DNA of 63,740 nt, filler included, from Octopus bimaculoides (GCF_001194135.2; 6 parts of 6 records of this genome joined end to end with filler, not necessarily neighbours in it); one strand, 5' to 3'. Positions 38,281 through 50,709 are shown, counted from the whole stretch's first letter. Notes: generated by a model from the letters alone, not told the origin. Numbers and translations: made by a program.

Positions 38281-38870
38281 TTCTCGCCCGGTCACTCTGA
38301 AGTTTCAACGTTGAACACTGTACGCTGAACGGTGAACGGTGAAGTGCTGCAAAGCGTGCTTTTTAGTTCAGTTCTACAACTGGTTTCTTCTAATAATAAT
38401 GTGGCCGAGTGTGAGCTGTTGTTGTTGTTGTTGTTGCTGCTGCTACAAAACTTGTGTGAGTGTGCATGTATATTAGTATACATGTGTGCATGCATGCTAC
38501 GTGCGTGTGTGTGTGTGCGTGTGAGCATACGTGTGTACGTACGTGTGTATGTGTGTATGCGTGTATGTGTGTGTTTGCTTTATGTGATATCTTGTCAAGA
38601 TTACTGCTATCTTATATCTGTAGCAGTTGGTCTCTTTTACACAATCCATTATGTGTTTGCGTCAGTACATGTATCAGTGTGTGTGTGTGAGTGTATGTAT
38701 GTGTGTGTGTGTATGTGTGTGTGTGAGAGAGAGAGAGAGAGAAAGAGAGTATACTTCTGAAAGTGTGTATGTGTATGTGCTTGCATGTGTGTGTAAGAAA
38801 GAGAGAGAGAGGGGGGGAGAGTGGGAGGGGAAGAAAGAGTCAGAGATTGATAGATTGATAGATTGAGAGT

Positions 38871-38901
<31 letters not shown>

Positions 38902-39029
38902 AGCTTGGTCTATTATCGAGTTGGGGATCGAAGATTTGGTAGTTACAAAGAGAAAGGAAAAGGAGGTTGTAAGAGAGAGGAAGAGATGGAGAGAGATGAG
39001 GAGGGAGGTCTAGAAAAGGAGGATAAGCG

Positions 39030-39119
39030 GCAAGTATGCAGCGAATCATTAAGTAGCTCTGTGTAGATTCACTGATGGCAGACGGCAGGACTATGGTGGA
39101 AGGAGAAAGAAAGAGGCAT

Positions 39120-39165
<46 letters not shown>

Positions 39166-39550
39166 GAATGAGGATTTTGAAAGAAAGAGACAAAGTGTGA
39201 GAGGGGAACAAATGCAGCGAATCATTAAGTGGCTCTGGGAAAAGTCACTGGAAGCAGCAGACGATAAGACTGTGGTAAAGAGAGAGAAATAGAAAGAAAG
39301 GGGAAGGGAGAGAGAGAGTGGAAGAGAATGTGAGAGTGAGGTAGATAGATGCATAGCTAAATAGATGGATGGATAAAAAGATAGATTGATGAAGTGATAG
39401 ATTGATAGGTGAAAGAGAAAGGCTGAGAAAAGAGAGCGAGAGAGAGAGGTGGAGTAAGGAACAAGAATATTGTGAATCAGTAGGTGGCTCTGTAAAGAGT
39501 CACGAGTCACTGGTAGCAACAGACAATAGGGCAGTGGTGGAGAGAGAGGT
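39030..39550 (+). repeat. Three diverged ~75-bp motifs separated by purine-rich/(GA)n spacers
   Basis: GCAGCGAATCATTAAGT.GCTCTG...TCACTG..GCAGAC at ~39037 and ~39214, with a more diverged copy at ~39470. Confidence 0.7.
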
Positions 39551-39699
39551 GGGGGTGAGGGTAAAGGAGGAGATATTCAAAAACATCGTTTGTAAAGGTA
39601 TAGGAGCAGACGACAGAAAAGCGAAAGGGATGGATAATCTGCGCGTTTGTATATGTATGTGTATTACTGCGAGTGTGTGTTTGTGTGTGTGTGTGTGTG

Positions 39700-39880
39700 T
39701 ATCTGTGTGAAGGTGAGAGAGAGAGGGGGAGGAGAGCGAGAGTCACTTGTCATTAGCAGATTAGACAAAAGAAAAAATTATTTGTATGTGTGTGTGTGTC
39801 TGTGTGAAGGTGAGAGAGAGAGAGGGGGGGAGAGCGAGAGTCACTTGTTATTAGCAGATTAGACAAAAGAAAAAATTATT

Positions 39881-39900
<20 letters not shown>
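39700..39900 (+). repeat. 98-bp tandem duplication
   Basis: GAGAGTCACTTGT.ATTAGCAGATTAGACAAAAGAAAAAATTATTTGTATG occurs at ~39738 and ~39836. Confidence 0.9.
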
Positions 39901-39911
<11 letters not shown>

Positions 39912-40368
39912 TATAAAGAATATGGAAAATAGACAGAAAAGATGCATAGATTGAGTGGGGAAAACCGACTGATGAATGAAGAATGAGAAAGGTAGAGTAA
40001 CGGGAAAGAAAGAATGCGGAATAGCAAACAGTGGGGATATGAAACAGAGAAATGCATAGAGTTAGAAGGAGAGTGGGAGAGAAACAAGAAAGAAAAAGGA
40101 ACGAGAAAGATAGAAAGGGAGGAAGAAAGAGAAGAAAAGATGGAAGAAAGAGATACCGAGAGAGAGAGAGGGGGGATGGGAAAGAGAGATAGATGGATAG
40201 GAGAGAGAGAGAGGAAGAGGGGCAAAATAACAAAGAAAAAGACACTGGGAGAGAGAGAGAGAACATGTGAAGAGAAAAGACACTATGTGTGAGAGAGAAA
40301 AACGGCGAAGAGAAAAAGTAGCAAATATGAAGGATGTATCACAGAAAGAATAAGACAAAATCACAGAG

Positions 40369-40410
<42 letters not shown>

Positions 40411-40717
40411 AAGAGAGAGAATGTAAGAAGGAGGAAGTGGGAGATAGGTAGATAGAGTGAGAGGAGAGAAAGAAGGGTTTTGAAATGAGAATTATATGAG
40501 CTTAAACCGAAAATGTAAGTATAAATAGGTACAATAGATTTGTTAAAAAAAAATAAACGCCATCGTAGGTTTGTACGTTAACTGATATATATCACATATC
40601 ACAGTATATGTCAATGAATGGGTGCTCAGTACATCTACGTACATACAAATTCATGTATGTATGTATGTATGTATGTATGTTATCAATCAGTTTCATTTCT
40701 GTATTTCTTGTCCATAG

Positions 40718-40783
40718 AGAAAGAGCCGGACTCTAACATAGATTCAAGGTTCCTTCATTGGAACTTTTATCAACATCATCTAG
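40718..40783 (+). CDS. Candidate internal exon, 66 nt, phase 1-1 (xKEPDSNIDSRFLHWNFYQHHLx)
   Basis: Strong pyrimidine tract tttcatttctgtatttcttgtccatag| and donor TAG|GTATTT. The frame is open. Confidence 0.35.
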
Positions 40784-41301
40784 GTATTTGTGCATATGTG
40801 TGTGTGTGTGTGTGTGTGCAGTATTTGGTGTTAGTGTATGCGCAGATTTGTATGTTTGTTTTATGGATGCGTTTTTATGTATATATTTTCATGTCTAGAT
40901 GCATGCATATGTATTTATGTGCTAAATTTTTGGAAAGTTTTTTGTATGTATGTATGTATGTATGTATGTATGTATGTATGTATGTATGTATGTATGTATG
41001 TTAGTTTGCTTGCATACGTATATGCGTGTGCATGCGTGTATGTAATATGTAGCGTTATATAGCTACATTTTGTAACTATGTGTATTGCGTATGTATTAAT
41101 ATTTTGTTCAGATGATAGCATAAGGAAATATCTCCACTCTACTTTCCTGCGCTTTATTTAGTACTTTGCCGTAAATTGTGAGTTTTGCACTATTTAAGCG
41201 ACCTTACCGCCCTACGCACTCATACATGCAGGCATACATATGTGTGGGTATATGTGTGTCCGAATATATGTATGCACACATATGCAAACACATAAACACA
41301 T

Positions 41302-41362
<61 letters not shown>

Positions 41363-41825
41363 GAGTATATGCATATATATGTACATGTATGTACATACCT
41401 TCATCTGCATGTATATATAGATGCATATCTGGGTACATGACGTTGCAAAAAAACATGGACAAAATGATAAACAAGGTACAAAAAACACGCAGGCCACATA
41501 TAGAGAACATATCCTTCATCAGCTGCCACCATTATAACACTGGCGTTTCGAAGAGATGTTTTCGATCTAGTTTGGATTCTTTGATATCAAATTTGAATTC
41601 TTTGCAATCAAATTTGAATTTTTCAAAGGGACTTTGTAAGACAAGCTAAAACGCAGGAAACGGTCAACAGGCATGCGCTGAAGTGTTGCAAAAAGTAGAA
41701 AGTAGGAATCTTCTTCCTCGAAAGAATATTCGATGACCACAAATCGATTTGAAGCTAGTTTCTCGAAATTGGTGCTCAAGCCTTGAAGAGTCTAATATAA
41801 TTATGAAAATGAACGGTTCGATCTT

Positions 41826-41873
41826 AAATTCGAGAGATGAAAGAGTTTCCTCTTGTAAACATATGTCCAAATT
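41826..41873 (+). ncRNA. Degenerate type I HHR
   Basis: AAATTCG (stem I) aga GATGA AAGAG-tttc-CTCTT GTAAA CATATG TC ^ CAAATTT. Stem II is 5/5, stem III ACATATGT is palindromic, the triplet is GUC, and stem I is 6/7. The core is damaged. Confidence 0.45.
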
Positions 41874-42193
41874 TCTTTTCATTAACCTTAAATAGTCTTA
41901 TTGATTACCTCTTTCTCATTTTCTTATTAGTTCTTATTACACTTTTAGGTTATGTTTATGTACGTATTCTCTCTGTGTGTATGTATGTATGTGTGCTTGT
42001 GTGAGCATGTTTATGCGCTTGTGCTCATGTTTTTATATGTATGTGTGTATACATATGTATGTATATATGTGTATGTCCATATATATATATATATATTTGA
42101 CAGGAAGGACAACAAAAGAAAGAAAGAGACCTCGATATTATGCAAATAGAGGAATTTATCTGTAAAAATATGTGACACTTATTCAGTAGCCAT

Positions 42194-42254
42194 GATAAGA
42201 CTCCGAGTTTCGGATGCCAGGGCGGGAGCCCACGCCAACATCTCTTCAGTTATC
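42194..42254 (-). ncRNA. Type I hammerhead ribozyme with GUC triplet
   Basis: Minus strand: GATAA CTGAAGA GATGT...GGCG/CGCC...GCATC C GAAA CTCGGAG TC ^ TTATC. One extra C precedes GAAA. The downstream unit ends in (TA)n at ~42095. Confidence 0.75.
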
Positions 42255-43131
42255 CGGCCAATTGAAAATTTTTCACAGGAATTTTCAATNNNNNNNNNNN
42301 NNNNNNNNNNNNNNNNNNNNNNNNNNNNNNNNNNNNNNNNNNNNNNNNNNNNNNNNNNNNNNNNNNNNNNNNNNNNNNNNNNNNNNNNNNNNNNNNNNNN
42401 NNNNNNNNNNNNNNNNNNNNNNNNNNNNNNNNNNNNNNNNNNNNNNNNNNNNNNNNNNNNNNNNNNNNNNNNNNNNNNNNNNNNNNNNNNNNNNNNNNNN
42501 NNNNNNNNNNNNNNNNNNNNNNNNNNNNNNNNNNNNNNNNNNNNNNNNNNNNNNNNNNNNNNNNNNNNNNNNNNNNNNNNNNNNNNNNNNNNNNNNNNNN
42601 NNNNNNNNNNNNNNNNNNNNNNNNNNNNNNNNNNNNNNNNNNNNNNNNNNNNNNNNNNNNNNNNNACCAACGGTCATTCTCAAAAAGAAAAGAAAAATTA
42701 AATGGCAGACCTCTCGCCTTATATATTTTCTGGTTGGCCGTGCGTTGCAATGATGCGGCTTTTATTACTAAATTTATAAGGTGGCGTTCTGGCACAATTG
42801 TTAGCACTCCGAGCAAAATGCTTAGCGGCATTTGATCCGTCTTTACGTTCTGACTTCAAATTCTGCAGAGGTCAGCTTTGTCTTTCATCCTTCCAGGGTC
42901 GATGAAATCAGTACCAGTTGAGGACTGGGTCGATATAATCGACTTAGCCCCTCCCCAAACTTCCAGGCTTTGTGCCTATAACACAAATCTATATATAATT
43001 ACTAAATCTATATATAATGTGTCTCGTATGGCACAACAGTAGGGGTTTTTCACATCGTCTGAAATTCTCACAGCGAATGAATTTCAAATAAATAATTCCA
43101 GAATTATGTACATAATACATGTCTCATGTAA

Positions 43132-43805
43132 CAGTGGCGGCTCGTAGATAAAATTAGCGGAGTGTTTTAATATTGTGTAAAAGGAAACAGACATATAAAA
43201 AGAACATTTATACATAAACTTCATCGGTTCGCGTTTTAGCCACTGCCGGGTAGTGTGTTTAATTTGTTCATTGAACGCCGCTGCGAATTCCCTCTTGTTT
43301 TTCAAAAATCCCCCAATAATCACAAAATAAGGTGGCGGGGGGGGGGGGATGTGCCCTATTTTTTAAAATCCTGGCAGCTACACTGAAGCTGGAAGCAGGA
43401 TAATAATATAATTCTACACTTTATCACATTCAAGAATATAAATACGTTTTTAAGCACAACACACGCGGAGTAAAAAGAAACACCACCTCTCACCCGGCAC
43501 TGTCGTTCACGCAGTACTCTCTCTCCCTAGTGTGAAGCTTCCTATCTCGGACATTCGGGCATGCGCAAAACAGCCAAACACCGCGTCTCTGGAACTGTGA
43601 ACCGCACAGTTCTATACAAGGATTTTTGTATTTTTTTCATAAACTAGGGAATGACAACTGACATTAAGCTTAAGGATTATATAATGTACAAGTATAAAGA
43701 AAGAATTAAAAAAAAAAGGACTCATTATATTGAATGTTATCGATAATATCGAGTGGAAATAGGGGGTGCTGCAGTTCTGCAGTTCCTATACACTAGCCGC
43801 CACTG
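43132..43805. mobile_element. Non-autonomous DNA transposon, hAT/Tip100-like
   Basis: 11-bp TIR CAGTGGCGGCT / AGCCGCCACTG. The flanks CTCATGTAA / CTCATGCAT form a degenerate 8-9-bp TSD. Confidence 0.6.
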
Positions 43806-44026
43806 CTCATGCATATAAACGTAAGTGTACATATTTGTGTGTGCATTTAAATATGTACATATATATGCACATATATTCATATACGGGCCCGACGAGCTAG
43901 GTTGCTGCAAGGAGCGTAGGTTGCAGGTGACCGAATCAAACTGTTTTAAATAATAATATAACTCCTACTAAATGTTTTGAGCGCCTCATTGTTTCGTTTG
44001 TCCACTTACTCGTACACATACACACG

Positions 44027-44095
<69 letters not shown>

Positions 44096-44383
44096 ACACA
44101 CACACACACACACGCATGCATGCATATATATACATACGATGTGTGCGCGTGTGTCTCTGAGTCTGCGTTTGTCCCCCATCACCGCTTGACAATCTGTGTC
44201 GGTGTATTTACGTTCTTATAACTTAGCGGTTCGGCAAAAAAAACCCAGCAGAATAAATACCTGGCCTTAAAGAAGAATAAGTACTGGTGTCGATTCGTTC
44301 AACTAAATTCCGTCAAGGTGGTGCCCGAGCATGGCGTCAGTCTAATAACAAACAACTAAAAGATAATAAAAATCATATATATG

Positions 44384-44431
<48 letters not shown>

Positions 44432-44754
44432 NNNNNNNNNNNNNNNNNNNNNNNNNNNNNNNNNNNNNNNNNNNNTTAATTAATTAANNNNNNNNNNNNN
44501 NNNNNNNNNNNNNNNNNNNNNNNNNNNNNNNTGGAACTATTTGGAAGAGCATTCAGTAAATGTTACATGAAATAGAGCTTACAGGCACTGATGTATGGGG
44601 AGGCACAATGGCCCAGTGGTTACATCAGCAGACTCATGGTTATAGGATCGCTGTTTCGATTCCTATCCTTGGCGTGTGTGTGTATGTATCTTTTACTTGC
44701 TCCGGTCATTAGACTGTGGCCATGTTGGGGCATCACTCAACCTTATTTTTTTAA

Positions 44755-44915
44755 TTTTCTCTCTGTTTATTTCTGTGTTCCTTTCTGTCGAAGAGCATAG
44801 GTTCGAAACGTAAAATACTTTCTCACTTCCCAAGCGCTAAACTAATACATCTCTTTGTTGTCTACACACCCGTCTCCCTCTTTTGTTTCGTTTGTTCTTT
44901 TTGTAAATTCCAACT
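44755..44915 (+). mobile_element. PLE pLTR-like unit (family U6) with HHR at 44781-44816
   Basis: CTTT CTGTCGA A GAGC-ATAG-GTTC GAAA CG TA ^ AAAT. The body matches 10055-10161 and 10853-11016, and the 3' end runs into (TA)n. Confidence 0.7.
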
Positions 44916-44918
44916 ATA

Positions 44919-44951
<33 letters not shown>

Positions 44952-45445
44952 TTCGCTACTCTCACCTATTTCTATCCCTCTGCCTTCCTTTCCTGCGCTC
45001 TTCCCTCTACCCCCACCCCCAACCCGACAATATCTCTTCCATAACTCTCACCACCACCATCCTCTCTATTCTTCCCATTTTGTCCTCATCCTTCTCTATA
45101 CCTTCTGGCTCCCCTTTCCTCCAACACCTGCCTTCTTATACAGTCCCCGCCTCCGTCACTTCTTCCCTATTCTGTCTTTAGTCTCCTCCTGCCACCGATT
45201 TTACTTTCTTTTCCACCTCTTCCCCCTCCTCCTCCTCCCGATTTCCTCCTCTTGTCTTCTGTCTCCTTCCTCCTTCTCTTCCTTGTCTCCCTCCTACAAC
45301 TGATGTAACATCAGACATCAAATGTGAACCAGATCGACCTATTTAAAAATACAACCACCGCCTCTCTCTCTTCATCTACTCCACCACCACCATCACCATA
45401 CATATATCCATATATGTATGTGTGTATGAATATCTATCTATCTCT

Positions 45446-45523
<78 letters not shown>

Positions 45524-45548
45524 ATATAGGTGCACTTATATGGCTATA

Positions 45549-45583
<35 letters not shown>

Positions 45584-46086
45584 CTGTCTGTCTCTCTGTT
45601 TATCCATCTATCTGTATGTATATAAATATACACATATATGCACACATTTATATGTCTATATATATATATATGTATATATATATATAACTATCGCTACAAA
45701 ACACAGTATTGGTAATTATGTTTTTTTTTTTCATTTTTTAATGTTATCGCTCTTAAGTAAATTGTTCGATCTTTTTGTGGAAGGAAGGTGGTGGACGATT
45801 TTAAACGGATTGTATCAAAAGAACTCAATACCGCATAACACATACATATACACATACACATCCGCACATAGATATAGCTGTACGTCTATTAGAATGTGTG
45901 GATTATATATATATATATATATAATAATAATAATATTAGGGACAAAATCCAAAATTACAGGTAAAAAACTCAATTAAAATCAATTTATAAAAAATTAAAA
46001 TTAAATTGAGCCTTATAGATAAAGTATATATAAAATATATAGTTTTAGGGAAAATAACCAATTTTCAAGAACTCATCGATGAAAAT

Positions 46087-46268
46087 CCACTATCACATAT
46101 AGAAAAATTAATAATTAAAAGCACAATAAATGAGTATAATATAAAGTAAAGTAAATATCATAAAATAAATATAATAAATATTATATTTATCTTATGATAT
46201 TTACTTTACTTTATATTATACTCATTTATTGTGCTTTTAATTATTAATTTTTCTATATGTGATAGTGG
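46087..46268. repeat. AT-rich palindrome whose right arm runs into a gap
   Basis: CCACTATCACATATAGAAAAATTAATAATTAAAAGCACAATAAATGAGTATAATATAAAGTAAAGTAAATATCATAA is mirrored up to GTGATAGTGG at 46268. Confidence 0.9.
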
Positions 46269-47577
46269 NNNNNNNNNNNNNNNNNNNNNNNNNNNNNNNN
46301 NNNNNNNNNNNNNNNNNNNNNNNNNNNNNNNNNNNNNNNNNNNNNNNNNNNNNNNNNNNNNNNNNNNNNNNNNNNNNNNNNNNNNNNNNNNNNNNNNNNN
46401 NNNNNNNNNNNNNNNNNNNNNNNNNNNNNNNNNNNNNNNNNNNNNNNNNNNNNNNNNNNNNNNNNNNNNNNNNNNNNNNNNNNNNNNNNNNNNNNNNNNN
46501 NNNNNNNNNNNNNNNNNNNNNNNNNNNNNNNNNNNNNNNNNNNNNNNNNNNNNNNNNNNNNNNNNNNNNNNNNNNNNNNNNNNNNNNNNNNNNNNNNNNN
46601 NNNNNNNNNNNNNNNNNNNNNNNNNNNNNNNNNNATTGGTAGTGCAAATCAGAGGTGCAATCTGTGTGGGTGTTTTTTCAAAACACTGTCTGGTTTAAAA
46701 AGCCACATCAGACGCCATGAAAGGGCTAAGGTGTAGGTGCAGGGGGTGGTCAAACTCTGTTTAAGGAGTAGACAACCACCATATATATATATATATATAT
46801 ATATATGCTACTTTATGATAGTGAGACGGGAAGCCTCTACTCTAGACAGACAGACACACACACACAGTTTCTGTCTACCAAATCCACTCACAAGACTTTG
46901 GTCGGCCCAAGGCTATAGTAGAAGACACTTGCCCAAGGTACCACTCAGTGAGACTGAACCTCGAACCATGTGGTCTAGAAGCGAACTTCTTAATCATGTA
47001 ACCACGGCCTTGCCTCTGTGTGTGTGTGTGTGTGTGTGTGTTCTTTCCTCTTATTCACCCTCCTGGATTTAATGCTCTTTTTTTTTATCGATCCCGAAAG
47101 CATAAAATGCAACGTTCACTTCGGTAGCAAAATCGAACAAACTCTACGGAAATATCCTTCGTTGCAACGTTCTACAAGCAACAACAGCAATTCGCCTCCT
47201 TCTTGTCTACTTCCGTACATAAAAGAACTGAATATAACAGGGGTTAACATAAAGGGTTATAAACAAAGCCACGGCGATAAGAACCTTATAAATCAGCTAT
47301 TTACGGCCGGCTTACCTATAGAGATAAGAGCGAGTTAGCTTTTCTTGTACAAAGTGTTCCATAAGGCAACAACGAACGACCGACCGACCGATCGGCCATT
47401 CGCTGGTTTGAAATCACCAGTCTTTCGCTTCACTGAACAATTCAATTCATTATCAAGATTTATGAGCGGAGATTTACTTCGTAGCTCACTCGTGTTTTAT
47501 ATAAATATATATGTTTATAACTCGAGGTTAGTGATTCTTCTGATTTCAACAGTACATCTTAACTCTCCGGCTAAATG

Positions 47578-47692
47578 CGGAGGCGCGATGGCCCAGTGGT
47601 TAGGGCAGCGGACTCGCGGTCGTAGGATCGCGGTTTCGATTCCCTGACCGGGCGTTGTGAATGCTTATCGAGCGAAAACACCTAAAGCTCCA
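47578..47692 (+). mobile_element. Family-C tRNA-derived SINE (copies at 44605-44665 on + and 62505-62582 on -)
   Basis: A-box TGGCCCAGTGG and B-box-like GTTTCGATTCC. The acceptor stem does not close, and a non-tRNA tail follows. Confidence 0.8.
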
Positions 47693-48001
47693 CATTATTA
47701 TCATGATTAAAATTTAAATTATGCCCTCAAAAAAGACATCTCTACTCGGGATCGATAAATTAAGTACCAGTGACGCACTGGGGTCGATGTAATCGTCTTA
47801 CTCACCTCCCAACAAATTGCAAGCCTTGTGCATATAACAGAAAGGATTAATATATCGTTATTAGTTTCACTATTACTACTATCAGTGTTATGATTATTAT
47901 TATTATTTATCAATTAGTTTGGTCTGGAAATAGAAGCTGTGCCTATTAACTTCACAGACCCTCAAAGAAAGGGAGAAATTGAACAGAATTCTGTCTGTCT
48001 G

Positions 48002-48049
<48 letters not shown>

Positions 48050-48303
48050 GTGCATATCAAATATTCCGTTGGGAAAGATTCTTTTAGGATTAGTTAGTTA
48101 ATTTAATTACCTGCGAGCCTAATTAGAGATAACGGTTATGAATCTATTAGACCCGTGGGGGGGAAAAGCTGGATCGGAATGAGTTAACCTGCTCGTTTGT
48201 TCTAATTATATAATTCAAGTGCAAAAGAAGAGATTCCTGTGTGGAAGTGGAAGTTTGTGAAAGTTAACCTCAGTTAATCCAATACACACACACACACACA
48301 CAC

Positions 48304-48340
<37 letters not shown>

Positions 48341-49174
48341 TGTAGCCGCTGGTGTGGCTGAGTGGTAAGAAGTTTGCTTCCTAACCACATGGCTCCGGGT
48401 TCGGTCCCACTGCATGGCATGCTGGGTACTTCCATCAAAGTTCCAGACCAACCAAAAGCCTTGTGAGTGGATTTGGCCGCTACGTTCTGAGTTCAAATTC
48501 CGCCCAGGTCGACTTTGCCTTTCATCCTTTCGGGATCGACAAATTAAGTACCAGTTACGCACTGGGGTCAATGTAATCGACTTAATCCCTTTGTCTGTCC
48601 TTGTTTGTCCCCTCTGTGTTTAGCTCTTTGTGGGCAATACAGAAATAAGAAACGTTAGCACGCCGGGCGAAATGCTTAGCGGTATTTCGTCTGCCGTTAC
48701 GGTCTGAGTTCAAATTCCGCCGAGGTCGACTTTGCCTTTCATCCTTTCGGGATCGATAAATTAAGTACCAGTTGCGTACTGAGATCTATCTAATCGACTG
48801 TCCCCACCCCCGAAAAAGTTTCGGACCTTGTGCCTAGAGTAGAAAAGAATTTATTTTTTATTCTATATTCTTCTTACTTGTTTCAGTCATTAGACTGTGG
48901 CCATACTGGGGCGCCGCCTTGAATTTTTAGTCAAATGGATCAAGCTTCTTACCACACAGCCATATACGAGTATAAGAGTAAAAAACTACGCAGAAGGACG
49001 ACAAAGGAACACATGAAGGAATCAGACAAGACGTGAACATGTTCACCCCTCATCAGTTACCAGCCAAAAGTCATAACAATTTCGCGCTATTTAACGATAA
49101 GATTGTTTGCTTTTGGTGGCGTCAAGAGCAAAAAAGTTGCCGGGATAAGTGAGCGGACGGTGATGAAAACATAA

Positions 49175-49205
<31 letters not shown>

Positions 49206-49593
49206 GTGGTTGGAATGAAGGTACTTCCTACCATGGTCCTTCTCCCCATCCCCTTAAACTGCGTATTCATTCCGCCATCCACTTTTCCTGCTTAATGGTG
49301 CCAGAGAAAATTTTTATTTATTTCTCTCATTGATTTATTTATCTTATTTATTTGTATACCCATCATTTACCTATTTATTTATTCATTTATTTGAGCACTT
49401 ATTTATCTATTCTATATTTTTATATCTATTTTATTATCTATATATTTATTTAACTATTTTTATTTACTTTATTTTTCGTCCACTCATCTATTTTTCTTTC
49501 TATTTTATTTTATCCCTGCCTTTTATTTATTTATTTATTTATCTACCATATATTTATCTATTCACTAACACATTTACGTATTTTTAAACCTAT

Positions 49594-49624
<31 letters not shown>

Positions 49625-49743
49625 CAATTCACTTCAGCATCTCTCTTTGCATTTATTTCAGTTTACATTTTTATGACTTCTTTGTTTTTCGTTACTTTCG
49701 TCTTTAAAGAGTTTCTTCTTCTTTTAGGAGAAAGAGTTATAGT

Positions 49744-49965
49744 TACGACGCGGTATCAAAAGGGACCCAGATTAGTTATGTTTAATAAAAAAAACAACTT
49801 ATTTACCTAAGTTTTAACACCATCCCCTTCGAAATAGTCCCCTTGCGCAGCACTACACTGGTCTCAGAGTTCCGGCCACTTTTGGACTCCAGCCTGGAAG
49901 TCGCTTTCCGTAAGCGAGTCGAGAACCTTCTGCGATTCGTTCTGGATCTCAACAATGTTGTTTAA
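49744..49965 (-). mobile_element. Mariner 3' end (transposase C-terminus plus TIR)
   Basis: Minus strand: EIQNESQKVLDSLTESDFQAGVQKWPEL*DQCSAAQGDYFEGD. TIR-like TACGACGCGGTATCAAAA at ~49747. Confidence 0.8.
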
Positions 49966-50309
49966 ACACCACCACCACCACCACTACCTTCATTAACGAT
50001 TATTTTAATTAGAGTCGACATGAATAATCTTTTTTTTTTTTTTCTGAAGTCATTCGTCTAAAGTATTTCCCTCTNNNNNNNNNNNNNNNNNNNNNNNNNN
50101 NNNNNNNNNNNNNNNNNNNNNNNNNNNNNNNNNNNNNNNNNNNNNNNNNNNNNNNNNNNNNNNNNNNNNNNNNNNNNNNNNNNNNNNNNNNNNNNNNNNN
50201 NNNNNNNNNNNNNNNNNNNNNNNNNNNNNNNNNNNNNNNNNNNNNNNNNNNNNNNNNNNNNNNNNNNNNNNNNNNNNNNNNNNNNNNNNNNNNNNNNNNA
50301 ATACGTGGT

Positions 50310-50700
50310 CTTATCGTTAATTTTTTAACTGTTTCAGTAATTAGACTGCGGCCATGCTGGGGCACCGCCTAGAAGAATTTTTCAGTCGAACGAATTGACA
50401 CCTGTACAATTCCTTTTTTTTTTAAAGCCTGGTACTAATTCTATCGGTTTCTTTTTGCCGAAGCGCTAAGTTACGGAAACATAAACACACTAAAACCGGT
50501 TGACAAGCAGTGGTGGAGGGGGGGGGACACAGACACACACACACATACATATATGTGTGTGTGCGTTTGTATATATATATATATATATATAGGCGCAGGA
50601 GTGGCTGTGTGACAAGTAGCTTGCTTACCACATGGTCCCGGGTTCAGTCCCACTGCGTGGCATCTTAAGCGAGTGTCTTCTAGTATAGCTTCGGGCCAAC
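50310..50700. mobile_element. Family-A SINE pieces (3' body on - at 50310-50530; head on + at 50591-50700)
   Basis: Both pieces match 15733-16103. Confidence 0.8.
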
Positions 50701-50709
50701 ACCGCAATA

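Noticed and set aside
39030-39550. CRISPR-like array
   Set aside because: Eukaryotic context, diverged repeats, uneven low-complexity spacers and no cas genes.
46048-46090. TCGATGAGTTCTTGAAA on the minus strand as an HHR
   Set aside because: Stems I-III cannot be formed.
47578-47655. Possible tRNA gene
   Set aside because: The acceptor stem does not close, there are multiple diverged copies, and it has a SINE tail.
49030-49095. CTGATGA on the minus strand as an HHR
   Set aside because: No stem II or GAAA in the required position.
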